This document shows, one piece after another, positions 34,743 to 45,152 of a stretch of DNA of 64,000 nt (its first letter is position 1; every line of letters begins with the position of its first letter). The notes beneath the pieces were generated by a model, which worked only from the letters and a program-made list of their open reading frames with translations, had not been told where the DNA came from and did not search any database. The position numbers were made by a program, and so were the translations under genes. Origin of the DNA: an uncultured Clostridia bacterium (GTDB taxonomy: Bacteria; Bacillota_I; Bacilli_A; RF39; UBA660); contig CAMUZE010000005.1 in assembly GCA_947165135.1 (NCBI GenBank), forward strand, positions 4,101 to 68,100, read 5' to 3'.

Positions 34743-37151
34743 ATGTTAAAAAGTTTATCAAGAATAAAAAACATCATAACGCGATCAAATTTTTTTAAAT
34801 ATTATAATAATTGTCAAATCGATAATAAGATAATTTTATTACAATCTTTTGGTGGTACAAATATATTTGGTAACCCATATTACTTATTACTTGAACTATG
34901 TAAAGAAAAATATAATAATTATAATAAATATATTGCAGTTTTAGCCAATAAAAAAGGTGATATAGAAAAACTAATTAGAGATAAATGTTTAAAAAACACT
35001 TATGTTATAATTATCGGAACAAGAAAATATAACAAAATCTTAGCAACAGCCAAATATCTAATCAATAATTCAACCTTTCCATCATATTTTATAAAAAAGG
35101 AAGGTCAAATATATGTAAATACTTGGCATGGAACTCCATTAAAAAATTTAGGAAAAAATATTATTGATGATCCAAATGAGATAGGTAATACACAAAGAAA
35201 TTTTATTATGGCAGATTATCTATTATATCCAAATGAGTTTACATACGAAAAAATGACAGAAGACTATATGATTAAAAATTATTTTACTGGAAAATACATC
35301 TTGGCCGGATATCCAAGAAATGATATATTCTTTAATGATAAAAGCGAAATAGATAAAATAAAAGCTGATAATAATTTGAATAACAAAAAAATAGTTGTTT
35401 ATATGCCTACATGGAGAGGAAATTTAAGCCATAATAAAAACCTACAACAAAATAAAGATGTAATTAGTATTCTTGATAAGTTATCATCCAAATTAGATAA
35501 AGACACCGTATTATTTGTAAAATTACACGCTCTTACTTCATCTTATGTTAACTTTAATAAATATAATAATATTTTTCCATTTCCTAATAACTATGAAACA
35601 TATGAATTTTTAAGGATAGCTGATTGTTTAATAACTGATTATTCTAGTGTTTTCTTTGATTTTATGAATACAGGCAAAAAAATAGTCTTATTTGGTTATG
35701 ATAAAGATCAATATAAAAAAGAAAAAGGAATGTACATAGATTATGATTCTTTACCTTATCCACAAGTTAATAATGTAGAAGAGCTGGCAAAAGAATTAAA
35801 AATATTAAGTAAATTTAATAGTTATGAATCTTTTAGTAAAAAATATAATAAATATGATACTATTAATTCAAGTGAGTTAATATGTGACTTTATATTTAAT
35901 GGAAAAGAAAGTAGTAAAATTAAAATTATAGATGGTAAAAAAGTATCTAATAATAAAGAAAATATTTTAATATATCCAGGCGGATTTGTTAAAAATGGAA
36001 TTACTACTGCTTTAAGAAATCTTGTTAATGTAATAGATAGAGATAAATATAATTATATCTTAACTTTTTATATTAAAAACTTAGAAAAAAATAAACAAAT
36101 AATAAGAGATTATAATAACATTGATTATATTCCCATTCGCGGGAGACTTTGCTGCGGATTATTCGAAGGTATAATATATATTTTAAATAGTAAGTTTAAA
36201 ATAAAAACAAAATTTATTGATAATATAATGGATGGAGTATACAAAAGAGAAGCCAAAAGACTTTATGGAAATATAAAATTTAAATATGTAATTCATTATA
36301 CTGGGTATGTGAATAATATAATGGGTATTTTTAGAAATATGGATGCCAAAAAAGTAATTTATATTCATAATGATATGGGCAAAGAGGTTAAAATTAAAAA
36401 GAATGTTAATGAACATGATTATAAGATAGCACTTGCTGCATGTGACAAAATAGTTTGTATTAGAGAAACATCTAAAGAAGAAATACTTAGATTTGAACCT
36501 AATTTGGATAAAAGTAAGTTAGTTGTGGCTCACAATATTAATGATATAGAGGGTATAAAAAAGAAAGCAAAACAAGATATTGAATTTCAAAAAAATACGG
36601 AATGTAGTGTTTCTCTTGATGAACTTAAAAGAATACTGAATAATAAATCTATAAATAAAATTATTAACATAGGTAGATTTTCAAAAGAGAAGGGCCAAGA
36701 AAGATTAATAAATGCTTTTGAAAAATTTGCCAAGGACAATAAAGATACCTATCTGATTATTATTGGTGGGTATGGCATTTTATACAATAAGATTAAATAT
36801 ATGGTTGAAAACTGTAGTAGTAAAAGAATTATTTTGATTTCAAGTATTAATAATCCATTTTCTATTTTAAGTAAGTGTGACATGTTCATATTGTCTTCAT
36901 TCTATGAGGGCCTTCCAATGACCATTATGGAAGCATTAATACTAGATAAACTTGTACTATCTACCGACATTCCTGGGCCAAAAGAATTTTTAGAAAAAGG
37001 ATATGGGATATTACTTAATAATAGTGAAGAAGGCATTTATAAAGGACTTATTGATTATAAAAAGGGAGTACTGAAACCTAAAATAAAATTTGATGCTTAT
37101 AAGTTTAATAGTGATGCTTTAGAAGAATTTTATAAAGTTATAGATAAATAG
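34743..37151 (+). CDS. Bifunctional CDP-glycerol glycerophosphotransferase (TagF-like) / GT4-type glycosyltransferase fusion (802 aa)
   Basis: The N-half has WHGTPLKNLG, GYPRND, YMPTWRG and ITDYSSVFFDF. The C-half has IGRFSKEKGQERLI, IIIGGYG and SSFYEGLPMTIMEALI, a GT4/GT-B signature. Confidence 0.7.
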   Translation: MLKSLSRIKNIITRSNFFKYYNNCQIDNKIILLQSFGGTNIFGNPYYLLLELCKEKYNNYNKYIAVLANKKGDIEKLIRDKCLKNTYVIIIGTRKYNKILATAKYLINNSTFPSYFIKKEGQIYVNTWHGTPLKNLGKNIIDDPNEIGNTQRNFIMADYLLYPNEFTYEKMTEDYMIKNYFTGKYILAGYPRNDIFFNDKSEIDKIKADNNLNNKKIVVYMPTWRGNLSHNKNLQQNKDVISILDKLSSKLDKDTVLFVKLHALTSSYVNFNKYNNIFPFPNNYETYEFLRIADCLITDYSSVFFDFMNTGKKIVLFGYDKDQYKKEKGMYIDYDSLPYPQVNNVEELAKELKILSKFNSYESFSKKYNKYDTINSSELICDFIFNGKESSKIKIIDGKKVSNNKENILIYPGGFVKNGITTALRNLVNVIDRDKYNYILTFYIKNLEKNKQIIRDYNNIDYIPIRGRLCCGLFEGIIYILNSKFKIKTKFIDNIMDGVYKREAKRLYGNIKFKYVIHYTGYVNNIMGIFRNMDAKKVIYIHNDMGKEVKIKKNVNEHDYKIALAACDKIVCIRETSKEEILRFEPNLDKSKLVVAHNINDIEGIKKKAKQDIEFQKNTECSVSLDELKRILNNKSINKIINIGRFSKEKGQERLINAFEKFAKDNKDTYLIIIGGYGILYNKIKYMVENCSSKRIILISSINNPFSILSKCDMFILSSFYEGLPMTIMEALILDKLVLSTDIPGPKEFLEKGYGILLNNSEEGIYKGLIDYKKGVLKPKIKFDAYKFNSDALEEFYKVIDK

Positions 37152-37171
37152 ATACTAAACGTATCTTTTTA
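37150..37171 (+). terminator. Weak hairpin / possible terminator
   Basis: 6-bp stem agatac / gtatct with a 5-nt loop and a T-run. Confidence 0.35.
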
Positions 37172-37233
37172 TTTGATTAATATATTGAAATATATTAAAA
37201 TTAATAGTGTAAGAGTTATTTTGGAGGATTCAA

Positions 37234-38340
37234 ATGTCTATATTTTATTATTTAATAAAATTTGTATGTAAGTTTTTATATTTTTTTATGAAACTAAAAA
37301 AAACTGATAATAATAAAATCTTGTTTATAAGTAGATTAGATTCAAAAAAATCATTAGATTTCAGTCTTATTGAAAAAAAATTAACTGAAGAAAACAAAAA
37401 TATCAAATGTGTATTTTTATGTAAGAGAGTTACATCTTTTACAGCTGATTTTATTGGCAATATAAAATATACGTTAAGCTGTCTAAGCAATCTGGCTAAT
37501 TCTAGAGTATGTATTACTGATTCTTTTGTGCCTGCAATATCAGTGTGTAAACATAAAAAGAATTTAAAAATAATACAAATTTGGCATTCAATGGGTGCTA
37601 TTAAAAAGTTTGCACTTCAAACAATAGGCAACAAATCAGGCAGAGATGAAAAGACCTCATTAATATTAAATATGCATAAAGGCTATGATTATATTATCTC
37701 TGGAAGTAAAGCAATGACTAAATATTTTGCCAAAGCATTTGGCTATTCAACAAAGCATTTTTTAAATTTTGGATTACCTAGAATTGACTATTTATTAAAT
37801 AATGAAAAAGATTTAAAAAAGAAAATAATTAAAGAATATCCTATTCTAAAAAGTAAGAAAACAATATTATATGCACCAACCTTTAGAACTACTAATGATG
37901 ATAAAACAGTTGACTTAATAGAGTGCTTTGATTTAAATAAATATAATTTAATTGTTAAAGCTCATGCAAGGCAAGAATTAAAATTTAATAATAATGTATT
38001 AACATGTGACAAATTTAGTGCACTGGATTTAATAAGTGTAAGTGATTATATAATTACAGATTATAGTGGCATAGCGATAGAGGCAGCAATACTTGATAAA
38101 AAAACATTATATTATGTGTATGACTACGATGAATATAAAAAAAATAATGGATTAAATATTGATTTATATAAAGAGATGCCAGGATGTGTATTTAATGATG
38201 CTAAAAAATTATATAAATATATTGAAAAAGATAAATATGATATGAAAAAAATATATAATTATAAAAACAAATTTATAGATGTTCAAGATGGCAGTAGTAC
38301 TAAAAAAATAGTAGATTTTGTAATTAAATGTATGGAGTAA
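37234..38340 (+). CDS. CDP-glycerol glycerophosphotransferase family protein (TagB/TagF-like)
   Basis: IWHSMGAIKKF, GLPRIDYL, YAPTFR and ITDYSGIAIEA. GGAGG RBS. Confidence 0.7.
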   Translation: MSIFYYLIKFVCKFLYFFMKLKKTDNNKILFISRLDSKKSLDFSLIEKKLTEENKNIKCVFLCKRVTSFTADFIGNIKYTLSCLSNLANSRVCITDSFVPAISVCKHKKNLKIIQIWHSMGAIKKFALQTIGNKSGRDEKTSLILNMHKGYDYIISGSKAMTKYFAKAFGYSTKHFLNFGLPRIDYLLNNEKDLKKKIIKEYPILKSKKTILYAPTFRTTNDDKTVDLIECFDLNKYNLIVKAHARQELKFNNNVLTCDKFSALDLISVSDYIITDYSGIAIEAAILDKKTLYYVYDYDEYKKNNGLNIDLYKEMPGCVFNDAKKLYKYIEKDKYDMKKIYNYKNKFIDVQDGSSTKKIVDFVIKCME

Positions 38341-38344
38341 AAAT

Positions 38345-39592
38345 ATGAAAGTAAAAAAGTATTTAATAGATATAATTAGAAAAAATGTATTTTTGAGAGA
38401 ATTTGGCAAAAAAATAAAGACATTAATGCAAAAAAGAAACTATATGAAGTTTTATAAAAAATTTGATGTTGATGATAAACTATGTGTATTTGAGGCGTTT
38501 AATGGTAGAAAATATTGTGATAGTCCTAAAGCAATATACTTAAGAATGCTAAATGATAAAAAGTATAAAGATTTTAAATTTGTATGGGCATTTAATAATC
38601 CAGAAGAATTTAAATATTTAGAAAAAAATAGAAATACAAAAGTAGTAAAATATTTAAGCAAAGAATATAATGAAGTATATGCTAGTGCAAAGTATTTTTT
38701 TACTCCATCTAGACTTCCTGATTATATTACACCAAAGAAAAGTCAAAATTATATTCAATTTTGGCATGGGACCCCACTAAAAAGACTGGGCTTTGATATA
38801 GAAGTTAAAGGAGAAAACGCAGTACATACTGTTAAGGAGTGGACTCATTTATATGAATATGATGCTTCTAGGTATACTTATATGATATCTCCATCAAGAT
38901 TTGTTACTGAAAAATACATTAGTGCTTTTAATTTGAAAAAGTTAGGTAAAGATAAATGTATTTTAGAAACAGGATATCCAAGAAATGATGCACTGTTTAC
39001 ATTCAACGAAAAATATGTTGATAAATTAAAAAAAGAATTAGATATTCCAAATGATAAAAAAATTATATTATATGCACCAACATGGAGAGATAATCAATAT
39101 AAAACAGGAACGGGTTATAGTTATAATTTGGCAATTGATTTTGATAAATTTAAAGAAAAATTTAGTGATGAATATATAGTTTTATTTAGAACACATTACT
39201 TGGTTGCTGAATCAATTGATTTAACTAAATATAAAGGTTTTATTTATAATGTTTCTGATTACAGTGATATTAATGATTTGTATATTTTAGCGAATATAAT
39301 TATTACTGATTATTCTAGTGTATTTTTTGATTATGCTAATTTAAAAAGACCTATGTTGTTCTATATGTATGATCTAGATGAATATAAAAACAACATGCGA
39401 GATTTTTATATAGATTTAGATGAACTCCCTGGGCCAATTGTTGAAAAGGAAGAAGATTTATATAAAGAAATAAAAAATATAGGTAATTATTGGAATAAGT
39501 ATTGTGACAAGTATGAAAAATTTAATAAGAGATTTAATTATCTAGATGATAAGGATTCAAGTAAAAGAGTATTAGACATAATTATCAAATAA
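38345..39592 (+). CDS. CDP-glycerol glycerophosphotransferase family protein (TagF-like)
   Basis: FWHGTPLKRLG, GYPRND, YAPTWRD and ITDYSSVFFDY. Confidence 0.75.
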   Translation: MKVKKYLIDIIRKNVFLREFGKKIKTLMQKRNYMKFYKKFDVDDKLCVFEAFNGRKYCDSPKAIYLRMLNDKKYKDFKFVWAFNNPEEFKYLEKNRNTKVVKYLSKEYNEVYASAKYFFTPSRLPDYITPKKSQNYIQFWHGTPLKRLGFDIEVKGENAVHTVKEWTHLYEYDASRYTYMISPSRFVTEKYISAFNLKKLGKDKCILETGYPRNDALFTFNEKYVDKLKKELDIPNDKKIILYAPTWRDNQYKTGTGYSYNLAIDFDKFKEKFSDEYIVLFRTHYLVAESIDLTKYKGFIYNVSDYSDINDLYILANIIITDYSSVFFDYANLKRPMLFYMYDLDEYKNNMRDFYIDLDELPGPIVEKEEDLYKEIKNIGNYWNKYCDKYEKFNKRFNYLDDKDSSKRVLDIIIK

Positions 39593-39647
39593 AGATAATG
39601 GGTTTAAAATAAATATATTATATGTTATAATTTTTTTGGAGGTAAAA

Positions 39648-40121
39648 ATGAAAAGAGTATTAACATATGGAACGTTCGACCTATTACATTATGGACATAT
39701 TAGACTATTACAAAGAGCCAAAGCTTTAGGAGATTACTTAATTGTTGCTTTATCAACTGAAGAATTTAATGAGCTAAAAGGGAAAAAAACATACCACAAC
39801 TATGAGACAAGAAAAATGATGTTAGAAGCAATTAGATATGTTGATTTGGTAATTCCAGAAGAAAATTGGGAGCAAAAAATTAATGATGTTGAGAAATATC
39901 AGGTGGATATAGTGGTAATGGGAAGTGATTGGGCTGGAAGCGATAAGTTTGAATACCTAAATGATTATTGCGAAGTGGTGTATTTAGATAGAACTGAAGG
40001 TATTTCCACCACAAAGATAAAACATGATTTAGGACTTCAATCACCAATTAATGGCGTTAATCAGATACCAGAGCCAGCATCGTATAAAAAATCAAATAAA
40101 AAAGTAAAACCTTTTAAATAA
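39648..40121 (+). CDS. tagD: Glycerol-3-phosphate cytidylyltransferase
   Basis: TYGTFDLLHYGHIRLL (HxGH) and RTEGISTT motifs. The ATG at 39648 follows GGAGG. About 30 extra C-terminal residues compared with typical TagD. Confidence 0.85.
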   Translation: MKRVLTYGTFDLLHYGHIRLLQRAKALGDYLIVALSTEEFNELKGKKTYHNYETRKMMLEAIRYVDLVIPEENWEQKINDVEKYQVDIVVMGSDWAGSDKFEYLNDYCEVVYLDRTEGISTTKIKHDLGLQSPINGVNQIPEPASYKKSNKKVKPFK

Positions 40122-40130
40122 GGTTTTTTA
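40106..40130 (+). terminator. Possible terminator/attenuator overlapping the tagD stop
   Basis: Stem aaaacct / aggtttt with an 8-nt loop and a T-run. Confidence 0.4.
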
Positions 40131-40184
40131 ATTGCTTATATGAAGGGGTTGTGTTAAAATTAAATTGTATCTGAAGGAGTAATT

Positions 40185-40973
40185 ATGAAGAGATTTATAA
40201 ATGATTTAAAAAAATATAAAAATTATATTTTATATGCTACATGGGCAGAATTAAAAACAGAAGTTATTAATTCTTATTTAGGGTGGTCTTGGATGATTTT
40301 AGAACCACTTGCTTTCATGTTTATTTATATGTTTATAGGAGAGGTTGTATTTAAATATAGTGTTCAATATTATCCTATCTTTGTATTTATAGGTCTTTCT
40401 ATATGGAACTTCTTTAATAAAAATGTAGTTTTTTCAATAAAATTAGTTTCGATGAACAGAGATACCGTGACAAAAGTATATTTACCCAAATTTGTATTAT
40501 TGTTAGTTAAAATGGGAGTTAATTTCTTTAAAATGATTATTTCATTCCTCATGGTTGCAATATTTATGGCAATATATAAAGTGCCAATTACATGGAATGT
40601 GCTTTGGTTCTTACCAATATTAATATGTGTAGTTGTATTTACTTTTGGTGTATCAACTATAACATTACATTTTGGAGTTTTTGCAGAAGATTTAACTAAT
40701 TTAACTAATATATTTATGAGAATGCTATTCTATATGACCGGTATTTTCTATGACTTAAGTACTAAAGTTCATAATACATTATATAGAACAATATTACTTG
40801 AATTTAATCCACTTGCAAACTTTATTTATAATATGAGAAATGTACTTATATATAGCCATGGACCTGTTGGAATGTGGACACTTCTTTGGTTCCTAGTTGG
40901 TATATTATTAAGTATATTAGGTATTCATACAATTTATAAATATGAAAATACATATGTAAAGGTGATGAGATAA
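40185..40973 (+). CDS. tagG: Teichoic acid ABC-2 type transporter permease
   Basis: Six-TM ABC-2 topology, directly upstream of and overlapping the ATPase gene, within the teichoic acid cluster. Confidence 0.7.
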   Translation: MKRFINDLKKYKNYILYATWAELKTEVINSYLGWSWMILEPLAFMFIYMFIGEVVFKYSVQYYPIFVFIGLSIWNFFNKNVVFSIKLVSMNRDTVTKVYLPKFVLLLVKMGVNFFKMIISFLMVAIFMAIYKVPITWNVLWFLPILICVVVFTFGVSTITLHFGVFAEDLTNLTNIFMRMLFYMTGIFYDLSTKVHNTLYRTILLEFNPLANFIYNMRNVLIYSHGPVGMWTLLWFLVGILLSILGIHTIYKYENTYVKVMR

Positions 40974-41713
40974 TGAAGAAGAATAAAGAAATAGCAATAT
41001 CAGTTAATGATTTACATGTGTACTATAGAGATTTAAATAGGTTCTCATTTAAAAGAGGACTAAAATCTAAGGGTAGTGGGAAACTATTTAAAGCAATTAA
41101 TGGTGTATCTTTCGAAGTTCCTAAAGGTGAGATCCTTGGAATATGTGGAAAAAATGGTGCTGGGAAATCAACCTTATTAAGAGCAATATCTGGTATATTC
41201 TCTCCAGATAGTGGAAGTATTAATCTGCATGGAAATAGTGTTTCATTGTTATCAATTGGTGTAGGATTTCAAAAGCAGTTAACTGGTTATGAAAATATTT
41301 ATTTATCAGGAATGTTACTTGGATATACTAAGGAAGTAATTGATACTAAAGTAGATGAAATAATTGAATTCTCTGAACTTGGAGATGCAATAGATAAGCC
41401 TGTTAGAGGTTACTCAAGTGGTATGTATTCTAAATTAGCATTCTCAATTACTGCTATATTAGAAACAGATATAATTTTAATAGATGAAGTGCTTAGTGTA
41501 GGAGATGTTCATTTTAAAGAAAAAAGTTATAATAAGATGAAAGAACTTATTAGTGATGAATCACGTACTGTCGTAATAGTATCACATAGTACAAATACAA
41601 TAGTTGAACTATGTGATAGAGTTATTTGGTTAAATGATGGTGTTATCAAAGATGAAGGAGATCCTAAGAAGATAATGTCTAAGTATGAAGAATTCATGAG
41701 AGAGGAAGCGTAA
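40973..41713 (+). CDS. tagH: Teichoic acid ABC transporter ATP-binding protein
   Basis: Walker A GKNGAGKST, signature YSSGMYSKL, and Walker B ILIDEVLSVGD. Confidence 0.75.
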   Translation: MKKNKEIAISVNDLHVYYRDLNRFSFKRGLKSKGSGKLFKAINGVSFEVPKGEILGICGKNGAGKSTLLRAISGIFSPDSGSINLHGNSVSLLSIGVGFQKQLTGYENIYLSGMLLGYTKEVIDTKVDEIIEFSELGDAIDKPVRGYSSGMYSKLAFSITAILETDIILIDEVLSVGDVHFKEKSYNKMKELISDESRTVVIVSHSTNTIVELCDRVIWLNDGVIKDEGDPKKIMSKYEEFMREEA

Positions 41714-41740
41714 AATCACTTATTATCAAGTGATTTTTTT
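41713..41740 (+). terminator. Rho-independent terminator after tagH
   Basis: Stem aaatcactt / aagtgattt with a 6-nt loop and a T-run. Confidence 0.7.
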
Positions 41741-41812
41741 GTAAACAAAAATGTAATATTGTTGTAAATATAATAATAAATATTTATAATATATTTACTC
41801 AAAGGTGATATT

Positions 41813-42871
41813 ATGATTTATGATATTATTGTAATTGGAGCAGGTCCTGCAGGAAGTACATTCGCAAGAGAAACTGCTAAAAGTAAAAAGAAAATATTGG
41901 TTATAGATAATGAAAACATTAATAATAAAAAGCCTTGCGGAGGTCTTTTAGCACCAGATGCTCAAAAAGAACTAGCTCATTATGATTTGGTATTACCTTC
42001 TAGTGTGCTTGTGAGCCCTCAAATTTTTTCGGTTAAAACAATAGACTTAAATTTTAAATTAATTAGGCATTATCAAAGATATTATTTAAATATGGATAGG
42101 TACTTATTTGACAAGTATCTTGTTTCACTTATTCCAAATAATGTAAATATTGTCAACGGAAGATGTATAGATGTTGTAAAGGACAATGACTTATTTACAG
42201 TAACTGTTTCTTGCAAAAACAAAGTAAAAAAATATAAATCAAAATTTATAATTGGGGCAGACGGATGTTCATCAATTGTTAGAAAAAAGTTTTTTAAAGA
42301 TAATACTATGAAATATATAGCTATTCAAGAATGGTACAAATGCAATGATAAAAGTAATTCATTTTATTCATGCATATTTGATAGAAAAACGTCTAGTAGT
42401 TGTTCTTGGCTAATACATAAAAATGAATATCTAATATATGGTGGGGCATTTGATATAAAGAATGCTAAAGAAAATTTTGAAATTCAAAAAGAAAAGTTGT
42501 TTAAATTCTTAAAATTAAATATAAATAAAGTATATAAAAAAGAAGCCTGTCTAGTTTATAGACCACGCCATTTTTTTGATTTTGTGACGGGAAAGAATGG
42601 TGCATATTTAATAGGAGAAGCAGCAGGATTTATTAGCCCTAGTTCATTTGAGGGAATAAGTAGTGCTTTTAAAAGTGCTAGCATACTTGCTGATATATTT
42701 AATAAAACAGATGATGATAAAAAAATTAAAAGACTTTATAGATCAAAAACTAATTCTTTAAAAATAAAATTAATGCTTAAGGTATTAAAAAGATGGTTTA
42801 TGTATACTCAATTTACTAGATTTATAATAATGAAATTAAATATTATGAGTATTAAAATAAAAAATAAATGA
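41813..42871 (+). CDS. FAD-dependent oxidoreductase (geranylgeranyl-reductase-like)
   Basis: IVIGAGPAGSTFA dinucleotide motif, plus GADGCSSIVRK and LIGEAAGFISPSSFEGIS. Confidence 0.65.
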   Translation: MIYDIIVIGAGPAGSTFARETAKSKKKILVIDNENINNKKPCGGLLAPDAQKELAHYDLVLPSSVLVSPQIFSVKTIDLNFKLIRHYQRYYLNMDRYLFDKYLVSLIPNNVNIVNGRCIDVVKDNDLFTVTVSCKNKVKKYKSKFIIGADGCSSIVRKKFFKDNTMKYIAIQEWYKCNDKSNSFYSCIFDRKTSSSCSWLIHKNEYLIYGGAFDIKNAKENFEIQKEKLFKFLKLNINKVYKKEACLVYRPRHFFDFVTGKNGAYLIGEAAGFISPSSFEGISSAFKSASILADIFNKTDDDKKIKRLYRSKTNSLKIKLMLKVLKRWFMYTQFTRFIIMKLNIMSIKIKNK

Positions 42872-42893
42872 TATAATGATTTAGGTGATGCAT

Positions 42894-43466
42894 ATGAATA
42901 TATATGATTTTGATAATACAATTTATAAAGGTGATACAAATAGAGATATAATTGTTTACTCAATAAAAAGACATCCAATAAATGTTATAATTTCACTGAT
43001 TAAATTAAAAAAACTTTATAAAAAATATAAAAAAGGATTAATAGAATTTAAAGATGTTAAGGAAGTAATGTTATCGTTTCTATTTAAAATAAATAATTTA
43101 GATGAATATTTAGATAAATTTGTTGATAAGCATCTTAAGAATATAAAGCCTTGGTATTATGATCAACAAAAAGAAGATGATGTAATTATAAGCGCTTCAT
43201 ATGAAATATGGATTAAAAAGTTTTGTGATAGACTAGGAATTAAAAATGTAATTGCTACCAAAACAGATGAAAATGGTAAAATAGTTGGTAAGAATTTAAA
43301 AGGCGAAGAAAAAGTAATCGAATTTAAAAAGCAATTTAATGATGCTAAAGTAGAATGTGCATATAGTGATGCCAAAATAGATTTACCAATGTTAGGATTA
43401 GCTAAAAATCCATATGTGGTAAAAGGTAATGAAATAATCCCATATACTAAAAAATATAAATTTTAA
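42894..43466 (+). CDS. HAD-superfamily phosphatase (HAD-IB-like)
   Basis: Motif I IYDFDNTIY (DxDxT), then ISASYE and YSDAKIDLPML. The ATG at 42894 lies 5 nt after AGGTGA. Confidence 0.55.
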   Translation: MNIYDFDNTIYKGDTNRDIIVYSIKRHPINVIISLIKLKKLYKKYKKGLIEFKDVKEVMLSFLFKINNLDEYLDKFVDKHLKNIKPWYYDQQKEDDVIISASYEIWIKKFCDRLGIKNVIATKTDENGKIVGKNLKGEEKVIEFKKQFNDAKVECAYSDAKIDLPMLGLAKNPYVVKGNEIIPYTKKYKF

Positions 43467-43511
43467 TGTCAACCAAAAAAGGTTGACATATTTTATTTTT
43501 TAGTGTATATT
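43466..43511 (+). promoter_or_regulatory. Terminator hairpin whose 3' arm supplies the -35 box of the rpsP promoter
   Basis: Stem atgtcaacc / ggttgacat with a 6-nt loop. TTGACA (43483-43488), a 17-nt spacer, and TATATT (43506-43511). Confidence 0.55.
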
Positions 43512-43537
43512 ATTTATCGTTAAAGGAGGAGGAAAGT

Positions 43538-43807
43538 ATGGCAGTTAAAATTAGACTTAAAAGAATGGGAGCTAAAAAAAGACCTTACTATCGTTTAGTA
43601 GTAGCAGATTCTCGTGCTAAAAGAGATGGTAATGTTATTGAATCTATAGGAACTTATATGCCACTTGAAGCAGAAAAATACAATGTAAATAAAGAAGCTG
43701 TTTTAAATTGGTTAGGGAAGGGAGCACAACCTACAGATACAGCAAGAAACATTTTAAGTGAAGTAGGTATTATGGAAGAATTCCATAATTCTAAAAAGAA
43801 TAAATAA
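43538..43807 (+). CDS. rpsP: 30S ribosomal protein S16
   Basis: [31 protein letters not shown] is the canonical S16 N-terminus. Confidence 0.95.
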   Translation: MAVKIRLKRMGAKKRPYYRLVVADSRAKRDGNVIESIGTYMPLEAEKYNVNKEAVLNWLGKGAQPTDTARNILSEVGIMEEFHNSKKNK

Positions 43808-44049
43808 TGAATTTAGTTGAATTTTCTGAATTAATAGTAAAAAAACTTGTTAAAGAACCAGATCTTGTTAAAGTTCAAGAATTTGACAGTGAAGATGACA
43901 CTACTATTGAAATACTTGTATCTGAAAGCGATATGGGTAGAGTAATTGGTAAAAAAGGTAAAATTGCTACAAGTATTAAAACTTTAATTCAAGCTAAAGC
44001 CTATAATGATGGTAATAAAAAAGTTAAAGTAAACATAGATTCATTCTAA
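43807..44049 (+). CDS. KH-domain RNA-binding protein (YlqC-like)
   Basis: GRVIGKKGKIATSIKTL (GxxG KH motif), in the conserved position after rpsP. Confidence 0.8.
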   Translation: MNLVEFSELIVKKLVKEPDLVKVQEFDSEDDTTIEILVSESDMGRVIGKKGKIATSIKTLIQAKAYNDGNKKVKVNIDSF

Positions 44050-45152
44050 GAACTAATAGTTCTTTTTTTTTGTAAAAATTTAAATTTTATTAAAGATAAT
44101 ATAATTATAGATAAAACTATTCCAGCAAAAATAATTGGAATATAAATATAATTATATGATTCATTAAAATTGTTGCTTGCAAATATAAAATTTGGTATTG
44201 CAAATGATATTGCAATTATAATTAAATTTAAAATTTTATTTTTATTCTTATTAAAATTAAATGTTTCCTTAATTGCACTAAATATATATGTAAGCATCAT
44301 ATTAGCAGTATTAATAATAAATAGAAACCATGCTGAAATACTTATATTTTCAAGAGAATCAAGAGCTGAAAATAACTTAATTCTTTTCAATGTGGAATAA
44401 ATTGGATAATCAAATAATTCTGTAATTTTAGTGCCATTTACTCCAATACAAGTGAAAGTAGATACAAAGATTATAATAAAAGATATTGTAATCATTAAAT
44501 AATAATATTTATTAAATTTTTCTTTGTTAGATATATCTTTGTATGGAATAATATTTAAATAAATAATTGGTGAAGAAAAATAAAACATAAATATTATAGA
44601 AGATGTAATAATATTTTTAAAACTAGCATTAATTAATGGAAAGTAATTCACTAAATCTATATAACTTACCAAACTTCCAAAATCAAAAAAGAATATCAAA
44701 ATAGATATAAAAAATGTTATATATGATACTCTAATAACAGTACTAAATCCCTTTGAGGCAGTATAATAAGTTAAAGATAATAATAATAAAGATATTATAT
44801 ATTTTGGCGTTGAAACTAAATATTGATTCGATAAAAAAGTAGTAAGTCTATATGTAATTAATATATATCCAAATATTGAACATAATATTGATATTATATT
44901 TATAATAATTGATATTTTAGGAAAAAGATATTTTATTTTTCCAGTTATTGATAATTCCTCTTTTTTTTTATAAAAACTCAAAAACAGTTTTGCAACTATT
45001 AATGATAATATATATCCAATAATAATTGAAATTAAAGAATCATTTTTTGAATTATTAATAATATATGAACTAAATATTCCATAAAAAGTTGAACAGCATA
45101 AAGAAATAAGAATTGTTGATAATATAAAACTATTTATTTTTTCATTTTTCAT
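44046..45152 (-). CDS. Spore germination protein, GerAB/amino-acid-permease-like subunit
   Basis: ~10-TM polytopic protein that overlaps the Ger(x)C gene (ATGA) within a germinant receptor operon. Confidence 0.7.
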   Translation of the reverse strand: MKNEKINSFILSTILISLCCSTFYGIFSSYIINNSKNDSLISIIIGYILSLIVAKLFLSFYKKKEELSITGKIKYLFPKISIIINIISILCSIFGYILITYRLTTFLSNQYLVSTPKYIISLLLLSLTYYTASKGFSTVIRVSYITFFISILIFFFDFGSLVSYIDLVNYFPLINASFKNIITSSIIFMFYFSSPIIYLNIIPYKDISNKEKFNKYYYLMITISFIIIFVSTFTCIGVNGTKITELFDYPIYSTLKRIKLFSALDSLENISISAWFLFIINTANMMLTYIFSAIKETFNFNKNKNKILNLIIIAISFAIPNFIFASNNFNESYNYIYIPIIFAGIVLSIIILSLIKFKFLQKKRTISS

